41,798 bases of DNA from Phycisphaerae bacterium (GTDB taxonomy: Bacteria > Planctomycetota > Phycisphaerae > UBA1845), in contig JBHHVM010000001.1 of assembly GCA_046754265.1 (NCBI GenBank), positions 1 through 41,798 on the forward strand, in the 5' to 3' direction. Positions 1-8,092 of this stretch are shown in pieces. The translations under genes and the position numbers were made by a program. The first letter of the stretch is position 1. Each line of letters opens with the position of its first letter. The notes below the pieces were generated by a model, which did no database searches, had not been told where the DNA came from, and was given only the letters and a program-made list of their open reading frames with translations.

Positions 1-792
1 GTTGACCAGGCATCCGATGTTTCCGTCCAGGGGGATGTAGGAGAGGTTGTGTTCTTGGGCCCGCACCTCGGCGGGGTCGTCGTCGGCTGGGTCGTGCATC
101 TCCTGGAGTTTTGGCTGACGGAACAGGGCACTGTCGTCGAAATTCATCTTGGCGTCGATGGCCAGGATTCGGCCGTCGGTGGTGCGCACCAGCGGGTTGA
201 TCTCCGCCAGGCTGCAATCGTGGGCGTGAAAGGCCCGCACCAACCCATTGATGACCTTGCCGGTCTGTTTGGCTTGATCCTTATCGGTGATGCCCAGCGC
301 AGAAATCAGGCGGGCGCACTTGAAACTGAGCAACCCCAGATGAGGATGGACCCATTCCTTGTGGATGGCGTCGGGGTTCTTGGCGGCCACTTCTTCGATT
401 TCGACGCCGCCTTCGCGTGAAACCATCACGACGCTTCGGCGCTTGGTTCGATCCAAGACGACGGCGACATAGAACTCCTGCTCGATGTCGACCGCCTCGG
501 CCACCAGCAGCTTCTTGACCGCGATACCCTCCGGGCCGGTCTGCTTGGAGACCATGCGGTTGGACAACATGAACTGAGCTGCCTCGCGGGTCTGCTCGGG
601 CGTCTCGCACAACTTGACGAAACCGGCCTTGCCCCGCCCACCGGCGAAGACCTGGGCTTTGACCACCACGGTGCCGTTCATGGATTGATGGGCAGCCACA
701 GCCTGCTCAACCGTTTCGGCCACTTTAGAGTCCGGCACGGGCACACCCGCAGCGACCAGAAGTTCTCGAGCCTGATATTCGTGGACTTTCAT
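1..792 (-). CDS. sucC: succinate--CoA ligase (ADP-forming) beta subunit, N-terminal 264 codons; 3' end runs off the left edge
   Basis: Absent from the ORF track because it is open to the window edge. Manual minus-strand translation from ATG (complement of 790-792) reads MKVHEYQARELLVAAGVPVP...VVKAQVFAGGRGKAGFVKL...AEINPLV...LDGNIGCLVN with no stop down to position 1. It aligns by eye with E. coli SucC (MNLHEYQAK...LDGNIGCMVN). Confidence 0.9.
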   Translation of the reverse strand, partial: MKVHEYQARELLVAAGVPVPDSKVAETVEQAVAAHQSMNGTVVVKAQVFAGGRGKAGFVKLCETPEQTREAAQFMLSNRMVSKQTGPEGIAVKKLLVAEAVDIEQEFYVAVVLDRTKRRSVVMVSREGGVEIEEVAAKNPDAIHKEWVHPHLGLLSFKCARLISALGITDKDQAKQTGKVINGLVRAFHAHDCSLAEINPLVRTTDGRILAIDAKMNFDDSALFRQPKLQEMHDPADDDPAEVRAQEHNLSYIPLDGNIGCLVN

Positions 793-1032
793 AGTTTCCG
801 GCTTCCGATATTAGGGGACCGTACTTGGCCGAGGGCGGCACCCGCCCCACGGCGACGGGGCCATTGTGCGGTCGAGGTCAGCCGGATGCAAACGGCGGCC
901 ACCTGGTTTGGGGACTCGGGTGTTTATGGGGCGAAGGGGCAGGTGTACCGCCGAGCTTGGATGGTCGATATCAATGGTGCCGGCAAAGCCCGGCTGCGCC
1001 GACGGGCGTCTTGCCGTTTTGGAGTAATCGCG

Positions 1033-1341
1033 ATGTTCGGGATGATTCTTGCCCAACTGGTGGGTCCAGCCGAGCGGCTCGACGCCGTGCAGGGCCATTT
1101 CATGCAGCGGACCATGTCCGACGGCATGCAGGTAATCTACGTCACGCTGATCATCGCCGTCGTGCTGTGTGGAGTCCTGCTGCTGGTGGGCCGGTTGGAC
1201 CGAGGCCGGCATGCGCGTGAGGAGCGGGCCCGAGAGCAGCGCCGGCAACAGATGGCCCGCCCCAGTCACCTGGCAGCCGCCAAAAACCGCCAATTCTCCC
1301 TAATCGGACAGAAACCACCGCGTCAGCGGACCAGCCTCTAG
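1033..1341 (+). CDS. small hypothetical membrane protein (about 102 aa)
   Basis: In-frame part of track ORF 685-1341. ATG at 1033 is preceded by GGAG (1021-1024). Third codon positions become GC-rich from 1033 onward but not upstream. One hydrophobic helix (VIYVTLIIAVVLCGVLLLVG) is followed by an Arg/Glu/Gln-rich tail. No family recognised. Confidence 0.4.
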   Translation: MFGMILAQLVGPAERLDAVQGHFMQRTMSDGMQVIYVTLIIAVVLCGVLLLVGRLDRGRHAREERAREQRRQQMARPSHLAAAKNRQFSLIGQKPPRQRTSL

Positions 1342-1377
1342 CCTCCGTCCATTCGATTCCACGGCATCATTCAGCCA

Positions 1378-2511
1378 TCAAGGTTTGGCGAACGGATCGG
1401 CGTCGGCTTTCGAGAGGCTGACCTTGACCCGGGGTAGCATCCGGGCGAGCCGTTGAGCCAATGGGACCAAGCCGGGCCGTTCGCTGGCCCAGTGGCTCAG
1501 GGCGATGGCACAACAGCCGCTGCGGCGTAGGGTCAGAGCATCGTGATGGCGGATTTCGCCGGTGACGATGACGTCGCCGGCCTGAAGCGGCCAGGAAAAC
1601 GGCAAGCTGCCAGCCGATCCGACGCAGATCAGGGCCCGTTCGACGCGGATGTCGGGCTGACCCACGACCAAGGTGCAAGGGGCTGGCAGGACCCGGCGCA
1701 ACTTGCGGGCCAGGGCAGCCAGCGTAATGGACCTGGGCAACCGCCCCACCCGGCCAATGCCGCGGACCGGCTCGGCCTCGAGTGGATACACGTCAAACGC
1801 GGGCTCTTCGTAGGGATGGGCCCGTCGAAGGGCCTGGATCACCTGCGGCAGGCGCGACTTGGGGGTGACCGTCTCGAGTCGCAGTTCCTCAACCGTTTCA
1901 TAGCGCCCCGCCCGACCCACCGCTGGGCGCGTGGACTGGCCACCTTTGAACGTGCCACAACCAGCCACGCTATAGCTGCACATTTCATAGTCGCCGATAT
2001 GACCCGCCCCGGCCGAGAAACACGCCTGGGCCACGGCGTCGGCCTGGTCGGGCGGCACGAAGGTGACCAGCTTGCACCGATCCGGACCCACGGCTGCGTA
2101 CACCATCGGCTCGGTTTGTTCGATCCCGCACAGCCTGGCCAGCGTGTCATTGGTGCCACCCTCTGCCGCGTCCAAGGCGGTATGCATGGAATAGACGGCG
2201 ACACCGGCTGCAACGCAACGAAAAACATGGGCGTCGGCGCCGCCGCCCTGGGCGACCAGGCGATCGACGGGCTTGAAGATCGGAGGGTGATAGGCCATCA
2301 CCAAATCGATCTTGGCCCGCAGGGCTTCGGTCACCACCGCCCCGGTCAGGTCGATGCACAACAACATTCGTCGAACCGGGGCGCGATTATCGCCTGCCAA
2401 CAGGCCGACGTTGTCCCATTCCTGTGCCAGGTGAAGCGGAGCAATTCGTTCCAGGGCCCGGCAGACATCCCCAACCTGGACGGTCCGGTTCACGGCGTCG
2501 CGCTTAGCCAT
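1378..2511 (-). CDS. NIF3-family (YbgI/YqfO, DUF34) dinuclear metal centre protein, long form with inserted cap domain
   Basis: Track ORF 1378-2592. I place the start at the internal ATG 2511 (MAKRDAVNRTVQVGDV...), which overlaps the pabC stop by 8 nt. The blocks EWDNVGLL, CIDLT, AYHPPIF, MHTALDAA and GEIRHHD are typical of NIF3 proteins. A roughly 100-aa insert (KLVTFVP...AFDVYPLE) resembles the YqfO/SA1388-type cap. Confidence 0.85.
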   Translation of the reverse strand: MAKRDAVNRTVQVGDVCRALERIAPLHLAQEWDNVGLLAGDNRAPVRRMLLCIDLTGAVVTEALRAKIDLVMAYHPPIFKPVDRLVAQGGGADAHVFRCVAAGVAVYSMHTALDAAEGGTNDTLARLCGIEQTEPMVYAAVGPDRCKLVTFVPPDQADAVAQACFSAGAGHIGDYEMCSYSVAGCGTFKGGQSTRPAVGRAGRYETVEELRLETVTPKSRLPQVIQALRRAHPYEEPAFDVYPLEAEPVRGIGRVGRLPRSITLAALARKLRRVLPAPCTLVVGQPDIRVERALICVGSAGSLPFSWPLQAGDVIVTGEIRHHDALTLRRSGCCAIALSHWASERPGLVPLAQRLARMLPRVKVSLSKADADPFAKP

Positions 2512-3385
2512 CCGACGGGCACTCCTTTTCCAGCACGCCCAAGTAGGCCGCCTGCAACGCGGCGGCGATGGGCCCGGGCTTGCCGCTTCCAATCTCGCGT
2601 TTTTCCACCCGACACACGGGCATAATCTCCATGATCGAATTGGTCAGAAAAACCTCATCCGCATCAAGCAGGGCGTCGATGGTCAGCGGTTTTTGCTCGA
2701 CGGCCAGGCCTTGATCCCCGGCCAATTCCAACACGATCGACCGGGTGATGCCCGGCAGGACCGGCGTCTCCACTGGAGGCGTGAACAGGGTTGCATCTTT
2801 GACCAGAAAAACGTTGCTGACGCAGGATTCAGCCAGCAGGTTGGCGGTGGTGAACCAAAGGGCTTCGTTGCAGCCTCGGGCGTGGGCGTCGCGCAGGGCC
2901 AACAACCGGGGCAGAAAGCAGGTCGTCTTGTGACCGGCTGTGTCGTCGTCCGGGGAAGTCTTGGTGCGATGGATGCAGACGGTCATGCCGCCTCGGCGGT
3001 GACTCTCTGGATAGGGGACGAATGGGGTCGTGGTGACACAGACCGTCAGTTTGGGGCGGTGGCCGGTTTCATCGCCGACCGATTCACCCAACACCGGTCC
3101 CGCCGAGACGGTCAGCCGCACCCGGGCTTGCGGCGTGTCGTTGACCTTCAGCAACTCAGCGAAATCACCGGCTGAAGGCAGGTCGGATCGATCGATGGGA
3201 AACAGGAGCTTCTGGGCCGATGCCATCAAACGACTCAGGTGGGCCTCCAACCGAAACACCCGCCCGCCACGGGCCCGCAGAGTCTCGAACAACCCCGCCC
3301 CGTGCAGCCACCCGCCGTCCCACACGCTGAGCTTGGCCTGATCGGCCTCGATGAATTCGCCGTTGAACAGGATCGTGTCGCTCAT
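2504..3385 (-). CDS. pabC: fold-type IV PLP enzyme, probable aminodeoxychorismate lyase
   Basis: 293 aa with a class IV aminotransferase-like pattern (GLFETLRA, RLEAHLSRL, PVLPGITR). ATGA start/stop overlap (3382-3385) with the upstream chorismate-binding enzyme favours ADC lyase over BCAT/D-AAT. The specific function is assigned by context only. Confidence 0.7.
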   Translation of the reverse strand: MSDTILFNGEFIEADQAKLSVWDGGWLHGAGLFETLRARGGRVFRLEAHLSRLMASAQKLLFPIDRSDLPSAGDFAELLKVNDTPQARVRLTVSAGPVLGESVGDETGHRPKLTVCVTTTPFVPYPESHRRGGMTVCIHRTKTSPDDDTAGHKTTCFLPRLLALRDAHARGCNEALWFTTANLLAESCVSNVFLVKDATLFTPPVETPVLPGITRSIVLELAGDQGLAVEQKPLTIDALLDADEVFLTNSIMEIMPVCRVEKREIGSGKPGPIAAALQAAYLGVLEKECPSDG

Positions 3386-4830
3386 GGTTGGGCCTCCACT
3401 TGGCGTAGCTGGGCCAGCGACGACGTCTCGTGCCCCAGGGCCCGCATCATGCCAGCCGCTTTGGCCAGGGACTCGTCGTACTCGTCGGCCGGGTCGCTGT
3501 CCGCCACAATGCCGCCCCCGGCAAACAGGTGCAAATGCTCACCTTGCTGGATCATGGTGCGGATGGCCAGGTTCAAGGCCATGGATCCATCCAGGCCCAG
3601 ATAACCGATGACGCCGCAATAGGCACTGCGACAGGTGGGCTCCAACGCATCAATGATCTGCATGGCCCTAATTTTTGGGGCCCCGGTGATCGAGCCCCCC
3701 GGCAAAGTTGCTTTGAGCAGATCCATCCGATCGCACCGGGCCCGCAACAGACCGGTCACCGTGCCGACCAGATGATACACCGTCGGATGGGTCTCCAACT
3801 CGGCCGAGGCCAACACTTCGACGGAGCCGTATCGGCAGACTCGCCCCAGGTCGTTGCGCAGCAGATCCACGATCATGGCCAGTTCGGCCCGGTCCTTGTC
3901 ACTGGCGGGCAGTTCGCGGCGACGAATCGCGTCCAGGCCCGGGTCGCCGGTGCGAGGCCTGGTGCCTTTGATCGGCCGGGTTATCACGCGGTGCCCGCGC
4001 AAATCCAGGAACAGTTCGGGCGAAGCGCTCAGGATCGCCCGGTCGTCCCATTGCAGCAGGGCTGCGAACGGGGCGGGGTTGGCGCGTCGAAGTCGCCGGT
4101 AAAGGTCCCACGGATTGGTTGTGGTGCTCGTTGAGAACCGTTGCGTGAAGTTGACCTGATAGACATCGCCGGTCCGGATGAAGGCCTGGACCCGGTCCAC
4201 GGCTTGGAGGTATTCCCGCCGGGTCACGTTGGGGGTCGGCGCCGGGCCGATCGGATCGGTGAAATCCGGTTCCGGGGCCGGTTGGGCCGACGCGATCAGG
4301 TCGGACAGGTCGTCGAGCCGCTCGTCAAGGGCCGGTCGATCGATCCCGCTGTCACCCGGCCAATCGACACCCACGACCTGCCAGCGACCGGCTGCGTGAT
4401 CGAAGACCCCAGCCGTGTCGTACAGGGTAAACCGCAAGGCGGGCAGGTCGATGTCATTTCGTGTGGTCGGACGCAATCCTTCGACGGATAGGCCCGTTTC
4501 GTAGCTGATATAGCCGATCCAGCCTCCGCAAAACGGTCCCGTGGCTGGGCCCGCCACAACCGGAAAGCGGGCCAACTCCGCCGCCAGTGCATCCAGCGGC
4601 GCGGGGTGATCTGTGGGGACGCTAAGAGTGTGAACAGGATCGCATGCCAGGATGGAGAAACGCCCGTCAAGCTGATGCGGGGCGGAACTTTCCAGCACGG
4701 CTGCACCGGATCGCCGGGACAAACTCACAAGCACGTCGGCTACCGTGGCGGAACTATCGACGGGGCGGGTCCGGCAACGGGCAAAAGCTGGGTTCGACCG
4801 GGCGTTCATGGTGGGCGGAGTATACCGCAT
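3382..4830 (-). CDS. pabB: aminodeoxychorismate synthase component I (chorismate-binding enzyme family)
   Basis: 482 aa with the C-terminal chorismate-binding signature LPGGSITGAPKIRAMQIIDALE...RSAYCGVIGYLGLDGSMALNLAIRT...GGGIVADS. It is coupled to a class IV lyase gene. No amidotransferase partner is in the window. The alternative start MNARSN at 4809 is possible. Confidence 0.8.
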   Translation of the reverse strand: MRYTPPTMNARSNPAFARCRTRPVDSSATVADVLVSLSRRSGAAVLESSAPHQLDGRFSILACDPVHTLSVPTDHPAPLDALAAELARFPVVAGPATGPFCGGWIGYISYETGLSVEGLRPTTRNDIDLPALRFTLYDTAGVFDHAAGRWQVVGVDWPGDSGIDRPALDERLDDLSDLIASAQPAPEPDFTDPIGPAPTPNVTRREYLQAVDRVQAFIRTGDVYQVNFTQRFSTSTTTNPWDLYRRLRRANPAPFAALLQWDDRAILSASPELFLDLRGHRVITRPIKGTRPRTGDPGLDAIRRRELPASDKDRAELAMIVDLLRNDLGRVCRYGSVEVLASAELETHPTVYHLVGTVTGLLRARCDRMDLLKATLPGGSITGAPKIRAMQIIDALEPTCRSAYCGVIGYLGLDGSMALNLAIRTMIQQGEHLHLFAGGGIVADSDPADEYDESLAKAAGMMRALGHETSSLAQLRQVEAQP

Positions 4831-4833
4831 CGT

Positions 4834-4862
4834 TTGACAGTTTTGACCTGCACGGCTATCTT
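4834..4862 (+). promoter_or_regulatory. candidate sigma70-like promoter for the SH3b gene (TTGACA-N17-TATCTT)
   Basis: TTGACA at 4834-4839, a 17-nt spacer, then TATCTT at 4857-4862. It lies about 55 nt upstream of ATG 4917, in the 86-nt divergent gap between pabB and the SH3b gene. Applying the E. coli consensus to this phylum is an assumption. Confidence 0.3.
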
Positions 4863-4916
4863 GGGGCGAAAGTTGAATCCGCGACGGACCGCCCTATCGT
4901 TCAAAGGATTGGACTC

Positions 4917-6194
4917 ATGTCCCCCATCCATCTGCTGACGGTTTTGGTTTTCGTGTTCACGCAGGCTGAGCCGGTGGCCGAATCGGTCGCTCCCGCCCAG
5001 GCTGACGCATCCTCGCAGGAGCAGGCTGCCCTCACGCCGCCGCCCGTCAGGGCGGGTTACGTGGGTGAGGTGACCACCGACAGGGTCTACGTCCGAAGTG
5101 GGCCCAGCGCCAACTACTATCCGGTGACCAAGCTGCAAGCGGGCGACCGCGTGTGGGTCATTGGAAGCGAGGGCACCTGGCTGGCCATCGAACCCCCCAG
5201 CGGTTGTCACAGCCTGGTGGCTGACACCTACGTGGATACCGGCGACGGCAACTTGGGGGTGATCAACGGCGACAACGTTCGCGTGCGGGCAGCATCGCTG
5301 CTGTCGGAAAAAATGTACGCCATCCAAACCAAGCTATCCAAAGGGGCTGAGGTCCGCATCGTGGGCGATAACGGCAACGGATACTACCTCATCGCCCCCC
5401 CGGCTGGGTGCAAGCTGTGGATGGCTGGCCAATACGTGCTGCGCGTCCCCGATGAGCGTCTGGCCCTTGAAGCCGCCGAGCGTAAAAAGGGACAGAAGGT
5501 GGCACTCAAGGCTCCGGACGGCGCTGCGTCGTTGACGGACGCCCAAGCGGAGGCCAACCCCGCCGCCAAATCCGCGGAGCCGCCGGGCAAGCCCAGCCAA
5601 CCCAAAGACCTGCGGGCCCAGGTCGAGCAAATCGACGCCGACTTGAAGCTGGAAATGAAAAAGCCTCTGCTAAAGCGAGAGTTGGCCCGATTTTTGGATG
5701 CGTTTGGGCCCCTGGCCGATCAAGACGCCGATACTTTTGCCCGACTCTATGCCACCAATCGCCTGGCCCAGGTGCGCGACATGATGGAGCGCATCGACGC
5801 GGTTCGATCGATTCGGGAGCTGCGCGAGCAAGTCAGCGCAGACCGCACAGCCGCCCTGGCCGGCCGGGCTTCGATTCGGCCCCGAACGTTGAACCTCGAC
5901 ACGGGTTTCGACATTCAAGGTCAATTGCGACGCAGCGCCGTCTACGCCGCGCCCACCGGACCTCGTCGCTACCGGTTGGTGGATCCCACCAAGACGCCCG
6001 TCCGAACGCTGGGCTACGTGGAAATCCCGCCCAATTCCGACATTGATGCCGAAGCCCTGCTGGGGCGCAAGGTCGGAGTCCGAGCTCTGGACGTGGTCCT
6101 CCAAACCGGCGACGTGGACCCCATCTCCATCTACATCGCGGCCGAGATCGTCGTCCTGGACGGCGCCGATTCGGTCCAGGTCAGTGCGGATTGA
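4917..6194 (+). CDS. secreted protein with two bacterial SH3-like domains and a helical C-terminal region
   Basis: Track ORF 4644-6194. The start is moved to ATG 4917, giving a signal-peptide-like MSPIHLLTVLVFVFTQAEP. There are two SH3b-like blocks (VYVRSGPSANYYPVTKLQAGDRVWVIGSEGTWLAIE and VRVRAASLLSEKMYAIQTKLSKGAEVRIVGDNGNGYYLI). Confidence 0.7.
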   Translation: MSPIHLLTVLVFVFTQAEPVAESVAPAQADASSQEQAALTPPPVRAGYVGEVTTDRVYVRSGPSANYYPVTKLQAGDRVWVIGSEGTWLAIEPPSGCHSLVADTYVDTGDGNLGVINGDNVRVRAASLLSEKMYAIQTKLSKGAEVRIVGDNGNGYYLIAPPAGCKLWMAGQYVLRVPDERLALEAAERKKGQKVALKAPDGAASLTDAQAEANPAAKSAEPPGKPSQPKDLRAQVEQIDADLKLEMKKPLLKRELARFLDAFGPLADQDADTFARLYATNRLAQVRDMMERIDAVRSIRELREQVSADRTAALAGRASIRPRTLNLDTGFDIQGQLRRSAVYAAPTGPRRYRLVDPTKTPVRTLGYVEIPPNSDIDAEALLGRKVGVRALDVVLQTGDVDPISIYIAAEIVVLDGADSVQVSAD

Positions 6195-6246
6195 CCGTGG
6201 CGGGTGGGCGAAGTGGCGCCACGCTCCGCGATATGAAACACACGAT

Positions 6247-6906
6247 CTAAAGGCTCTCGACGAAGACGGATTTCTTTCGCAGCGACCGAACCGCCTCCCG
6301 GATCGACTCTGCCACCCAGTCACATCCTGAAATGCCAACCACGGTCAGTGAGCGGTCGCTCATATCGGTGCTCATAACCTCCACCGTTCCCAAACCAAAG
6401 ACGCGATCCATGGCCGACTTGCAGACGCGCACGTCATCCACGCGAATGAGCTCGGTTTGATCGATGACCTGGCTGAGGATGCCGCGTTCGATGAACAACC
6501 GTTCGGTGGTCAAGCGGTAACGGGTTCCGTAAACCCGAATCAAGACTCGCCCCAGCACAAAAAGCCCTGACAAGACGATGGGCACCGCCGCGATCCAGAA
6601 AGCGACCGATCCGGACAAACTCTCACTGCCCGAGGCCCAGGAGCCCATCAGCCAGGCCAGCAGCACGGTGCCGACGAACCACAGGCTGATTGAGCCGGCG
6701 AAGTGCTTCCAAGAGGTCCGCCCCACCCAGACAATGGCCTCGGCACCCGGTGCCTCAGCCTGGGGTGGCGACCCGGGGAATGGGGCTTGAGGGTCGCCCG
6801 GGGATGGAGTGCTATCGGGATGGGCGGCTTCACCGCCCGCGACTTCCGCCCCAACCTCGGCGTGTTGGCCGTCCTGGGGTCCGTTGCTCGAAAGGGCGTC
6901 GTTCAT
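6247..6906 (-). CDS. membrane protein with bacterial PH (bPH_2/YdbS-YdbT-like) domain
   Basis: 219 aa. It has a Pro/Ala-rich N-terminus, two TM helices (SLWFVGTVLLAWLMG, AFWIAAVPIVLSGLFVLG), then YRLTTERLFIERGILSQVIDQTELIRVDDV...GLGTVEV, which is typical of bPH_2 domains. Confidence 0.7.
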   Translation of the reverse strand: MNDALSSNGPQDGQHAEVGAEVAGGEAAHPDSTPSPGDPQAPFPGSPPQAEAPGAEAIVWVGRTSWKHFAGSISLWFVGTVLLAWLMGSWASGSESLSGSVAFWIAAVPIVLSGLFVLGRVLIRVYGTRYRLTTERLFIERGILSQVIDQTELIRVDDVRVCKSAMDRVFGLGTVEVMSTDMSDRSLTVVGISGCDWVAESIREAVRSLRKKSVFVESL

Positions 6907-6991
6907 GGCTCCTCCGTCCCACGTGAAGGGGGCTGCCTTGGGCCCCTGATTCTATAGGCCCGGCGCCATTTTGGGGCAGTGATTTTTCCAC

Positions 6992-7019
6992 TTGACAGGC
7001 CCACGGCCGATCATTAAAT
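6992..7019 (+). promoter_or_regulatory. candidate sigma70-like promoter (TTGACA-N16-TTAAAT) upstream of the acidic-protein gene
   Basis: TTGACA at 6992-6997 and TTAAAT at 7014-7019, about 85 nt upstream of ATG 7104. Consensus match only. Confidence 0.25.
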
Positions 7020-7103
7020 CTTCTGCCGATTTGGCAATCGCCTCCCCGGCGTCCTGCTGTCCAGCACCCATCCGGGCCATGGAGACCTTGGAAAAAGGGG
7101 GCG

Positions 7104-7445
7104 ATGGCGCCAACGAGGCAAATGGCCATGATCGACGAACAGCCAACGGATAACTGGCAAGACCCCTCAGATTTCAGATCGAGGGAATCCGACTTCCCGG
7201 TCCAAGGCGGCCGAATGCTCCTTGGCATCGAGCCAGAGGAATGGCCCAGCCCCTCGGGCGATGACCCGTCGGCAGACCCCGCCTGGGGCGCCAACCCGAC
7301 CATCCCATCGTGCTGGCTGATCGATGATGACGACTTGGGCGACGGGGATCTGATTGAAGACGACGAGGATGACCCGGACGAGGACGAGGATTCGGACGAC
7401 GATTTCCCGGATGATGATGAGGAGGAGGAAGACGACTTCCTTTAG
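7104..7445 (+). CDS. hypothetical protein with hyper-acidic C-terminal tail
   Basis: 113 aa. By my hand count, about two thirds of the last 42 residues are Asp/Glu (LIDDDDLGDGDLIEDDEDDPDEDEDSDDDFPDDDEEEEDDFL). Codon third positions are GC-rich. The competing minus-strand ORFs are Pro/Arg-rich mirror frames. Confidence 0.5.
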   Translation: MAPTRQMAMIDEQPTDNWQDPSDFRSRESDFPVQGGRMLLGIEPEEWPSPSGDDPSADPAWGANPTIPSCWLIDDDDLGDGDLIEDDEDDPDEDEDSDDDFPDDDEEEEDDFL

Positions 7446-7696
7446 GCGTTGCAGGCCCCGGGGTAGGGCGGTCCGCACCAGCAGGTCCAGGCAACACAGG
7501 CCGACGGCGGACCGGGACCACGGTTTCCCCGGTGACAGGTCCACTTCGGCCGCTCATTTGACCGATAAGCCTATAAGCCTGGTGACCTGGCGCAACCGAC
7601 GGAGGCGGGCTACCTGGCGGCAAGACGAAGCCATGATGCCGGTTGGGCCCGACGCGTCGGCCGGCCGAACGCATCGAACCGGTAAGGGTCCTCCCA

Positions 7697-8023
7697 ATGT
7701 CCGAGTCCCAACAGAATCCCGAACGCCGCCAATCTCCCGAAAAGCGCCGCCAGTCCACCGACCGGCGTCGGGGCCTGGACCGCCGCCGAGGCCCGGGCCG
7801 ACGCCGCGGGGATATCCGCCGCGACGCCGAAGAGGGGGAGATGACCGGCGAACTCTATGAGTTCGTCATGGCCATCGACGAGTACAAGCGGGTCAACAAC
7901 CGGCCTTTCCCCTCCTTTTCCGAGATCTTCGAGCTGGTCAAATACCTGGGCTACCGCAAGGTGGCCGAAAAGGCCGACCACATCAACGAACCCGAACAGG
8001 GCGATCTAAAAAGCGAAAACTGA
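7697..8023 (+). CDS. small conserved hypothetical protein, Arg-rich N-terminus with compact C-terminal domain
   Basis: Track ORF 7643-8023. The start is placed at ATG 7697 (MSESQQNPERRQSPEKRRQSTDRRRGLDRRRGPGRRRGDIRRD...). The C-terminal block ELYEFVMAIDEYKRVNNRPFPSFSEIFELVKYLGYRK looks like a folded domain. GC3 is strong. Confidence 0.6.
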   Translation: MSESQQNPERRQSPEKRRQSTDRRRGLDRRRGPGRRRGDIRRDAEEGEMTGELYEFVMAIDEYKRVNNRPFPSFSEIFELVKYLGYRKVAEKADHINEPEQGDLKSEN

Positions 8024-8092
8024 CCGATCCCGCTTGTGCCCCTGATGCCGTGGTGACGGGCAGAGCAAACCCAGGTCAATCGATAACGTCCC

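Noticed and set aside
1543-2625. 360-aa plus-strand ORF opposite the NIF3 gene. ORFs at 23202-23831 and 23500-24465 lie opposite the aminotransferase and pncA genes.
   Set aside because: These are mirror frames of well-supported genes and have no recognisable domains.
4644-4916. Long N-terminal extensions offered by the track ORFs: 4644 for the SH3b gene, 9311 for the MCP-B12 gene, 17164 for rho, 27215 for the porin, 22441 for the aminotransferase and 2592 for NIF3
   Set aside because: In each case an internal ATG gives a canonical N-terminus: a signal peptide, a family-typical start or a Shine-Dalgarno match. The upstream extension is Arg/Gly/Pro-rich and would overlap the neighbouring gene or promoter region.
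7174-7860. Overlapping ORFs 7174-7758 (minus, 194 aa) and 7354-7860 (plus, 168 aa) across the acidic and basic small-gene region
   Set aside because: Both are extreme Pro/Arg-rich translations of the GAC/GAG-rich and CGC-rich tracts read out of frame. The two in-frame small genes have better codon bias.
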